From Octopus sinensis (lineage: Eukaryota), in contig NW_021828694.1 in the NCBI RefSeq assembly GCF_006345805.1, positions 1 through 7,863 of the forward strand: 7,863 nucleotides of DNA, read 5' to 3'. Positions within the stretch are counted from its first letter, which is position 1. Each line of letters starts with the position of its first letter. Under the pieces are notes generated by a model. The model worked only from the letters and a program-made list of their open reading frames with translations, searched no databases and was not told the DNA's origin. Made by a program: the position numbers and the translations under genes. Shown here piece after piece: positions 1 through 6,736 of the stretch.

Positions 1-314
1 CCAGTACTTATTCTATCGGTCTCTTTTGCCGAACCGCTAAGTGACGGGGACGGTAAACACACCCATCATCGGTTGTCAAGCAATGCTAGAGGGACAAACA
101 CAGACACACAAACACACATACATACACACACACATATATATACATATATACGACAATTTCTTTCAGTTTCCGTCTACCAAATCCACTCCACTCACAGGCA
201 TTGGTCGGCCCGGGCTAAGCAGAAGACATTTTCCCAAGATGCCACGCAGTGGGACTGAACCCGGAACCATGTGGTTGGTTAGCAAGCTACTTACCACACA
301 GCCACTCCTGCGGC
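1..314 (-). mobile_element. tRNA-derived bipartite SINE, copy 1 (octopus OK/OR-type; 3' end runs off the window)
   Basis: The reverse complement reads GCCGCAGGAGTGGCTGTGTGGTAAGTAGCTTGC...GGGTTCAGTCCC (tRNA-like head with A and B boxes), then TTGGGAAAATGTCTT, a short (TA)/(TG) spacer at ~113-150, and a 3' module ...CTTAGCGGTTCGGCAAAAGAGACCGATAGAATAAGTACT. It is clearly homologous to 6957-7511 on the + strand. I cannot assign the exact family name. Confidence 0.9.
251..304 (-). promoter_or_regulatory. Internal RNA polymerase III promoter of SINE copy 1
   Basis: On the minus strand, the A-box-like TGGCTGTGTGG is at 304-294 and the B-box-like GGGTTCAGTCCC is at 262-251, with tRNA-like spacing. 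Confidence 0.7.
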
Positions 315-320
315 TGTATA

Positions 321-658
321 CAAAAAATTAATAACAACCGCTCTTTGCAGCGTTATACCGTAAAGGGAAATTATAGTCGTCAGATAAACTTGACTAAGGG
401 TGTGAATATCACCTACATTGTTAGAAATAGACTAAGGGTGTGAATATCACCTACATTGTTAGAAAGTGTTCCAGTGCTGATACAAAACGATTGCAGCCCA
501 TATCAGTATATCTTATGTGCTTTGTAACAGCACTGGAGACTCTAGCTTCTATTTCTAGCAATGTAGGTGTTATACACAGCCTTTGTCAAGTTTAGTTGAC
601 GACTATAATTTTCCATTACGGTTTAACGTTGCAAACAGCTGTTTTTATTAATTTCATG
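321..658. mobile_element. Foldback MITE with very long inverted arms and TA target-site duplication (probably Tc1/mariner-mobilised)
   Basis: 321-430 aligns without gaps to the reverse complement of 549-658 at 94/110 identity (counted by hand). Pairing resumes at 471-486 versus 521-536, around a ~34-nt spacer. The ends are CA...TG, with TA at 319-320 and 659-660. Confidence 0.85.
392..465. repeat. Perfect 36-bp tandem duplication (period 38) in the left arm of the foldback element
   Basis: GACTAAGGGTGTGAATATCACCTACATTGTTAGAAA occurs identically at 392-427 and 430-465. Confidence 0.97.
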
Positions 659-663
659 TAAAC

Positions 664-714
664 AGACACACACACACGCGCGCGCGCACACACATACATG
701 CACACACTTACACA
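664..714. repeat. (CA)n-(CG)5-(CA)n compound microsatellite
   Basis: Near-continuous alternating purine/pyrimidine tract with CGCGCGCGCG at 677-686. Confidence 0.9.
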
Positions 715-822
715 CAGGGTGCAATGGGTAAATTGTCGCCATTTTATATTTTTTATTTCGCGCAGGTGCATTGTTTGTTTTTGATTTTGACGACCACACA
801 GTATAGTGAGAAAGAGAACACC

Positions 823-1467
823 ATGACGCAATTCATTCTGCCAGAAATTCGGAAATCACATGCTGTACTGCTTGGCATTCGCGCCGGAAGCACCAATACG
901 AGCATTCGCGCCGGAAGCACCAATACGAGCATTCCAGAATGTTTGGGTGTCAATCTGAGGACAGTACAGAGGATTTGGAAAGAGTTGGATGAGTCTAATG
1001 GTGATTAAGATGTTACGGTAGCTCGGAAAACTCACTCTGATCGTTCTGATAAGAAAAGAACTCCTGAATTTGTTGGCGAGATTCAGGTTATGATTGACAA
1101 CGATCCCTCCAAGTCAATCGGGTCCATCGACAGGGAGATGGAAGTGTCTGAGTTAAGGGCCAATTTTTATCGCAAGCCATCAAGGACAGGAGGCAAGATC
1201 GCGCTACGAAGCATTTGAACAAACTCAAGCGTCCCCTCCAACCGAACATGTTTTGGCTTTTATCAGTCTAGAACAATGTCTGCCAGGATCTGGTGGTGAA
1301 CGTACAGAACAACCGTTGACTTGCCATGTCCCCAAAACATGTACCGAGAGTGATAGAATCAAACATCCAGTCAATATCATGGTGTTTGGTGTGATCACTA
1401 GTGATGGCGACGTTATACCTCCATTCATCAACCCACATGGTCTCAGATTCAACATGGAGACCTACAT
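823..1467 (+). pseudogene. Decayed Tc1/mariner transposase (HTH region to the start of the catalytic domain)
   Basis: Frame 1 from 823: MTQFILPEIRKSHAVLLGIRAG...ECLGVNLRTVQRIWKELDESNGD*DVTVARKTHSDRSDKKRTPEFVGEIQVMIDNDPSKSIGSIDREMEVSE. New frame from 1155: KGQFLSQAIKDRRQDRATKHLNKLKRPLQPNMFWLLSV*NNVCQDLVVNVQNNR*, where LSV*N is the degraded FSDEK first-Asp motif. After another shift: KHPVNIMVFGVITSDGDVIPPFINPHGLRFNMETY. There are several stops and frameshifts, and a probable internal deletion at ~1154. Confidence 0.9.
875..934. repeat. Perfect 27-bp in-frame tandem duplication inside transposase A
   Basis: GCATTCGCGCCGGAAGCACCAATACGA occurs at 875-901 and 902-928, followed by GCATTC (929-934). 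It translates as the repeated RAGSTNTSI. Confidence 0.97.
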
Positions 1468-1867
1468 GTTGGTGACGCACGTGGCATGTCTTGCAGGGAC
1501 GTTCTCCCGCTTTTGAAGCGCCCGAACTACTCAAAACATTTCGTACCACTCATTGCTTCGTCCCTGTACACTTGCTGAGGCCTGTTCAATGTCCCTGTAG
1601 CAGACTTCCCAAGTTTAACACAAATCTCATGTCGGCTCTTTGCTCCAACTTCCTGTCTATGGCAAAAATCGCAGACTACACCATACACGTGATGACGAAA
1701 ACACAAATTTCACAACTTGCGAAGTAAACACTGCGATGCCACTCGGTACATTGCCTCATGAAGATCACTGCTAGCTCTCACTGTGCACACAACCGCGTGC
1801 TGCCATCTGTTGTCGCGCCACGGAACTAGCCACAGAACTAGTCCGGGAACTTTTTGATACCATCTCG
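1468..1867 (-). mobile_element. mariner transposon B, 5' half only (classical mariner, irritans-like N-terminus)
   Basis: The minus-strand end reads TA|CGAGATGGTATCAAAAAGTTCCCGGACT (TA at 1868-1869), a typical mariner TIR. It is followed by ~200 bp of leader and a transposase N-terminus. Confidence 0.88.
1470..1660 (-). pseudogene. Decayed mariner transposase N-terminus (first HTH)
   Basis: From 1660 (GCC-ATA-G, probably a former ATG): IDRKLEQRADMR-(frameshift)-CVKLGKSATGTLNRPQQVYRDEAMSGTKCFE*FGRFKSGRTSLQD. This matches the mariner pattern EQR..IKFCVKLGK.A.ET..ML..VYG..AMS....FEW..RFK.GR.S.ED. Confidence 0.88.
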
Positions 1868-1988
1868 TACATACCTTTGATAAATATTCAGTCACTGTCT
1901 AAATATATCCTGTGGTTTAAATACACTATCAGTTTTCACAGTGATGTTTGGCGAGCGTACGCATGTGAACTTAAGACTAAATTTATCA

Positions 1989-2045
1989 ACACACACGCTG
2001 TCACACACACATACACACGCACATACACACGCACACACATATATA
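1989..2045. repeat. Degenerate (CA)n microsatellite
   Basis: ACACACAC...GCACATACACAC...ATATA. Confidence 0.85.
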
Positions 2046-2276
2046 GAGTGTGAAGTGTCTGGTTTTATGATCATAGTAATACAGAAAATGAAAGATGTTA
2101 ACTATGAGGTAATTTATTATTGGACTTTATTATTCGAGTTTTGCAGCATGGTCTCCGTGTTTCAGCAGAATGAGTATCTAGTACACCTCATCAGAGAATA
2201 ATTTGAAACATATAACAACTTCATCGTATACATATGTATAATATATATTATTTTTAGTTCTATATTTAAGAGATGT

Positions 2277-2320
2277 GCAGCACTTTGGACAAGTCTCTAA
2301 GCCCGTCTTATATATGTATA
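2277..2320 (+). mobile_element. Internally deleted remnant of a SINE head (copy 2, 5' part)
   Basis: GCAGCACTTTGGACAAGTCTCTA resembles GTGGCACATTGGGCAAGTGTCTTCTA of copy 4 (7008-7033). It is joined directly to AAGCCCGTCTTATATATGTATA, which resembles the head/spacer junction AAGCTCATCGTATATATGTATA at ~7092-7113. Confidence 0.55.
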
Positions 2321-2430
2321 TATATATATATGTGTGTGTGTGTGTATGTGTGTGTGTGTGTGTGTGTGGTGTGTGTGTATGTGCGTGTCGGTGGGTGTGT
2401 GAGTATGTGCGTATATTTATATATATATAT
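2309..2430. repeat. (TA)n/(TG)n compound microsatellite
   Basis: Direct inspection. The TA-then-TG order is the same as in the SINE internal spacer. Confidence 0.92.
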
Positions 2431-2596
2431 AACAAAATTTCAGGGTGAATACTTGATAATTGTAAGCACCTCATTGTTTGCGGCTGAAGAAGGCCATTGT
2501 TATAAAACCGTCTAATAAAGGCCCGACACATATGTACCGTTGAATCCTTGGCATCATGTTTTTATTTTGATTAATATATATATACACACGCGCGCG

Positions 2597-2790
2597 TATG
2601 TATTGCTTGTACCCCACCGCTGCTTGACAACTGGTGTTGATTTGTTTTCGTTCTCGTAACACAGCGTTTCGGCAAAGAACCTGATGGAATTATTAACAGA
2701 CTTCAAAGAAATTACTAGGGTCGATTTGTTCGGTTGAACCCTTCAAGGTGGTGCCCTAACATGGACTTAGTCCCATAAATAAGATAAATA
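2597..2790 (+). mobile_element. SINE 3' module, diverged copy 2
   Basis: TTGTACCCCACCGCTGCTTGACAAC...CGTAACACAGCGTTTCGGCAAAGAACCTGATGGAAT...GGGTCGATTTGTTCG...AAGGTGGTGCCCTAACATGG is colinear with 7308-7472. Confidence 0.8.
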
Positions 2791-3025
2791 TAAGCTAAAG
2801 GATAAAAGTCACGCGCATGATATCGGCGACTGTGATACGACGACGACGACGATGACACTTTTCTCGACTCATCGAAATTCTAAAGTCAGATAACGCGAGG
2901 TCTAAACCACCGACTCGCTCTTCCACCAATGAAACTTCTAGGACGTGAAAATATTTTTTTCCGTATTCTGTGACAGAAATATCAAATAGCATCATCTCAA
3001 AAGAACACACCCACATACCGAAGTC

Positions 3026-3092
3026 ATATGTATGTACATTGACATATACATACATGCATGTATGTATGTATATATATATATATATATCTGTA

Positions 3093-3123
<31 letters not shown>

Positions 3124-3145
3124 TATATATATATTATATATATAT

Positions 3146-3201
<56 letters not shown>

Positions 3202-3288
3202 TATATATTTATTTATGTAAATGTATATATACGTACATATATATTTAGATATATGTATATGTATGTATATAAATATATATATACGTAC

Positions 3289-3320
<32 letters not shown>

Positions 3321-3577
3321 GTTAGGTTCATATAAATATACATTCAAATATTTCTAGGTATCTATTAATATACATATATATACACAAATGCATATATATA
3401 TAAACATACGTACATATATCCATATACATACACACACACACATACGTATATATGTATACATATTTGTATGTGTACACTCACACAAACAACACACGCGCAC
3501 ACGAACACACGCACACACGAACACACACACACACAAACAAACACCTACATATTCATACACATAAGCGTACATACATG
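3026..3577. repeat. Large compound microsatellite (TA)n / (TATG)n / (CA)n
   Basis: About 550 bp of dinucleotide and tetranucleotide repeats, including an uninterrupted (TA)23 at 3149-3194. Confidence 0.97.
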
Positions 3578-3998
3578 TTTGTAACCGCATCAATAAAATA
3601 AAACACATTTGGCTGAGTGAAGATAAGAAAGTATCAGTCAAAAAAATGCCTGATGGGGGCTTAAAATGTTTGTAACAGAAGAAAAGCGGCATCTTTAAGT
3701 GGTTTTTATCGCGCAATCTGAGTATTAACTCGTTGTTGTTTCGTCACACACTCACACACTGGGGGAGACACCGGTTCGTGAAACAGTTTTTTTTTCACCC
3801 GCGCATCGTATACATTTTTCTTGTCTCTTTCTTTTACATTTCTTTTTTTTTTTTTTGACTCTGCTGCTACTCCCCTATTTACGAACAAAGATAGCTTCCT
3901 GCTGTTAAGTCCGAAATGTTTGCAATTTCTACTATATTCTGCTTCATACCGTATAGTGTACATAACTTAGTGAAAAAAAAAAGGTTTATACATTACAG

Positions 3999-4064
3999 CT
4001 ATAATATAATATATATATATAATAATAATATAGGTATGCATACACACACACGTATCTCTATCTG

Positions 4065-4095
<31 letters not shown>

Positions 4096-4160
4096 TATAT
4101 ATTATATATATATATATATATACACACGCACACACACATATATATATTATGTATGTATAT
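3999..4160. repeat. (TA)n/(CA)n compound microsatellite
   Basis: Direct inspection. Confidence 0.93.
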
Positions 4161-4393
4161 TACACTACGCAACAGAAAATTTGTTTAACTTGACTTTGTA
4201 AAAATGTTCAACGGGCACGTTGAACATGATGGTAAAATTCTTTCGTGTTAGCGTCAATATTTTGTGAAATATTTCGAGAACTTATTTGTATCAAGTGCAA
4301 CATAGTCGTGGTGAAATTACTCACGTATCAACGCCTTTTTTCTATGTAGAACTTTCTAGAATATAAAAAAAAACAGCGGTAGTAATTTACTTA

Positions 4394-4698
4394 CCGTGTT
4401 TTCGGGTATATAAAGCAAATGTTTGGTGACCAATATTTACAGCCAACACAACAGGTAGGTCGACTTATACGCCAAGACGATTTCGGAGGACCTAAATTCC
4501 AGACGATGAAGGTTTACCCTTCAGGTCCGCCATGATGGTAAAATTGTTGTTACCTGTTAATCCCCTTTATATGTACTTAGTGTTCATATTGATGAGCGAT
4601 TATAATCAATGAGTATAAACTTAAATAATCATGTATTTTTTCCTGAAAAATCTACCTCGACTTATTTCATAGGTCGACTTGTATGCCGGAAAGCAGGG
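4394..4698. mobile_element. 305-bp non-autonomous DNA transposon (MITE), Tc2/pogo-like ends, TA target-site duplication
   Basis: The left end TA|CCGTGTTTTCGGGTATATAA matches the reverse complement of the right end, TA|CCCTGCTTTCCGGCATACAA, at 15/20. An internal repeated motif TAGGTCGACTT(A/G)TA(C/T)GCC lies at 4456-4473 and 4670-4687, with a partial copy TCGACTTAT at 4657-4665. CCGTATTT-type ends are typical of Tc2/Kanga-like TcMar elements. Confidence 0.75.
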
Positions 4699-5169
4699 TA
4701 GGTTAATTCACTGAAATATTCATACAGAAAATGATCAAGATGAGGCACTGTTTATAAAGCAATAAACTGCACAAGCAAGCCAAGGGAAATACATTTATCG
4801 ATTTATAACACATCTATTGTAAATAGTTATATAAAAGCAATAATTTACAAGTAAGTATTGAATGAAATTGCATATCGAAAGCTTTACATGACACAATTTA
4901 TATGCAATGGCGTTACACACATGTCAAAAAAGAACCCATTTTATTCAATTTCTAAAGCAAAATAAGACGATGAAGCAAAAAAATTATGTCAGTCATTTAT
5001 TGACAATATGTGACATATATAGATCGGAAACACATTACATAATACCGTGGCATTACACGGATATTCAGAATTTTTAATGTTGGCGATTAAAATGAATATT
5101 CCAGCCGAAGACACGAAGAAACTCTGGCGCAGTCTTGTGCTTCTTTAGCGTTTTTCCAGTAACTTTCTT

Positions 5170-5910
5170 TTCCTGGATTACCTGCAAGAAATGCTGACTG
5201 TTTACCATTCCAAGAATCTAGCGAGAACCTACAGATCATCTAATGACTACTGTTTCTGTAAAGTGGACGTGTTTACTTATAAAGGCTCACAAGAGAGGAA
5301 GAAACTAGTCAACCTATTTTGAATTGTACCAGTGTTGTGTGACAAACAGCTACCGACTTCACCTTGTCCAGCTTTCGAACCCCCCCCGCCCCCAAAAAAA
5401 CCCCAGAAGAATATGATATTGAAATGTGGGATCACGATTAAGATCAAGAAGAAGAAGAAGAAGCATCATGTTAATGTGAAGAAGCCCACTTCCTATATGA
5501 AATAAGAGCTTAGTGACTTCGTAAAAGACTTGAATTTTACCAAATCTGAAGCAGAGATGCTGGCATTCAAATTGAAAGAATTAAACTACTAGGACGCAAA
5601 GACGACAATTCCGAAAGATCGAATAAGGCATGCAACTTTGCCTGTATCTATTTGGTGCCTGAATCGCTGTGATACTGTATTGGTGTAAGAATTCTCTTTG
5701 ATGCTATTGGTTTTAGACTCCAGTCCAATCGATGGCCTCTGTTATCTGATTATTTTATGAGAAATTTAAAAGCAATGCTGTTTCACAACGGCAACTAATA
5801 TCCATTTATTCCTCTGTGTCACTACATATGCCTGGAGAACGATGAAAATATACTTCGTTTTAGTATCTGATTTGCAAGATTCTTTATGGGAATTCGCGTG
5901 TTGAAGCAGA
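5170..5910 (+). pseudogene. Heavily decayed DNA transposase, Chapaev3-like (CMC superfamily)
   Basis: Ordered motif remnants: FTIPRI*REPTDH (5201-5239), NDYCFCKVD (5242-5268), EAHF (5481-5492), ELSDFVKDLNFTKSEAEMLAFKLKELNY* (5506-5592) and LFDAIGFRLQSNRWPLLSDYFMRNLKAMLFHNGN*YPFIPLCH (5694-5822). These correspond to the family motifs FAIPRIWREPTDH..CYFC, ELNDLVRDL.L.K..AELL.SRLKE.NLL and WRLFIDSS..SLKAVLLHNGN.YPSIP.AH. The transposase call is firm; the family label is from memory. The remnant may extend 5' to ~4990. Confidence 0.8.
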
Positions 5911-6284
5911 TTTTGTTGTACCTAAGGAGAGTCATATTGTCTTAATACCTTATTATCTAACACACACTGGTTCCATTTCCACTCATTTATTATTTTATAT
6001 ATATTTTTTTCGTTGCTGTTCGCAGTTTAGTAAGAGCCAACATCAATTGACAAGGCTGGAAAAGCAACGAAAATTTTGGAAAGAACAAATATATATAAAT
6101 AATAAATGAATGGAAATCGAACCGGCGAGTGTTTTAGACATTAAAGCATTAAGACAATATAACTCTCTCCAGACAAAATAAGATGAAAATTTAAGCCTTC
6201 CTCATAATGATTTCAGCTTCGTCTACTAAATTTCTCCCCCAACATATTTGGTCTACTTAAGATATTACGTATAATAATCTTTTT

Positions 6285-6500
6285 TCATCCTTTTTTCTTT
6301 CTATTTCCTTGTTTAAGTCATCAGACTGCGACCAAGCCTTGAGAAATTTTAGTGGAACGAATCGACCACACTATTTTTTTAAAGCCTGGCACTGATTTCA
6401 ACAGTTGCATTTGCAAACCGCTAAGTTACTGAGACGTAAACAAATCAAACACCTGTTGCCAAGCAGTGGGAGGGAGAAGAAACACAGACACAGATACACA
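6285..6500 (-). mobile_element. SINE 3' module, diverged copy 3 (no tRNA head)
   Basis: The reverse complement TGTGTCTGTGTTTCTTCTCCCTCCCACTGCTTGGCAACAGGTG...GTAACTTAGCGGTTTGCAAA...GGTCGATTCGTTCCACTAAA...GGTCGCAGTCTGATGACTTAAACAAGG followed by an A/G-rich tail is colinear with 7296-7511. Confidence 0.85.
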
Positions 6501-6625
6501 CATTCACACAAATACACACACTCACACAAATACACATACTCACACACACAAACGCACACAAGTACACATGTCTATATATATATGTGTATATAAATGTATC
6601 TAAATATACATGAGTGTGGTTATAT
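6482..6625. repeat. (CA)n/(TA)n microsatellite with an 18-bp higher-order unit
   Basis: TCACACAAATACACACAC (6504-6521) and TCACACAAATACACATAC (6522-6539) lie within a CA tract. This is the spacer of SINE copy 3. Confidence 0.88.
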
Positions 6626-6736
6626 ATTTGAAGCTTTACACTGCAAAATGGTATGATTCAAATATATCGAGCCTTCTTTCCTCATTTCGACACCCTTTTC
6701 TTTTCTCTTCTCTTCTTTTATTTTATTAATTTTCTT

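Larger units (their letters stand above)
715..1467 (+). mobile_element. Tc1/mariner transposon A, 5' half only (resembles the DD37D/maT group)
   Basis: A TIR-like end CAGGGTGCAATGGGTAAATTGTCGCC (715-740) is followed by a decayed transposase starting at 823. I found no reverse-complement right TIR in the window. The subfamily call rests on remembered similarity, since the second and third catalytic residues are not present. Confidence 0.88.

Noticed and set aside
251-314. tRNA gene
   Set aside because: It has A/B boxes but no complete cloverleaf, and it continues into SINE body sequence shared with copy 4.
41-331. 96-aa ORF (and overlapping 73-258, 249-443)
   Set aside because: It is the antisense read-through of SINE copy 1, and the THKHTYIH stretch is translated microsatellite.
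392-465. CRISPR-like 36-bp repeat
   Set aside because: There are only two copies with a 2-nt gap, no spacers and no cas genes, and the context is eukaryotic.
724-1008. 94-aa ORF as an intact gene
   Set aside because: The ATG at 724 lies inside the TIR. The transposase starts at 823, and homology continues past the TAA at 1006-1008, so this is a pseudogene fragment.
1225-1727. ORFs 1225-1455, 1253-1516, 1268-1549 and 1491-1727
   Set aside because: They are partial or antisense frames over the two transposase remnants. Only the KHPVNIMVFG...ETY part of 1253-1516 is genuine transposase.
2085-2108. 24-nt micro-exon candidate AG|AAAATGAAAGATGTTAACTATGAG|GTAATT
   Set aside because: There is no real polypyrimidine tract and no supporting neighbouring exons. 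It is expected by chance.
2444-2461. 18-nt micro-exon candidate TTTCAG|GGTGAATACTTGATAATT|GTAAGC
   Set aside because: It is preceded by (TA)n rather than a pyrimidine tract, lies within a probable insert in a SINE, and has no other support.
2795-3055. 86-aa minus-strand ORF with RRRRR
   Set aside because: It starts in a microsatellite, the Arg run is the (CGA)5 repeat, and I recognise no protein motif.
2178-3716. Long ORFs 2178-2531, 2273-2515, 2970-3248 and 3354-3716
   Set aside because: They are open only because dinucleotide repeats lack stops (YIYI, HTHT, CVCV translations).
3590-3990. Unique-looking segment with poly-T/poly-A runs and ORF 3706-3963
   Set aside because: It has no recognisable homology, termini or splice structure. 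The Lys-rich ORF reflects the T runs.
5380-5404. Possible minus-strand G-quadruplex (G4-T7-G5-C-G8)
   Set aside because: It is best explained as homopolymer slippage in Pro codons of the dead transposase, and nothing suggests function.
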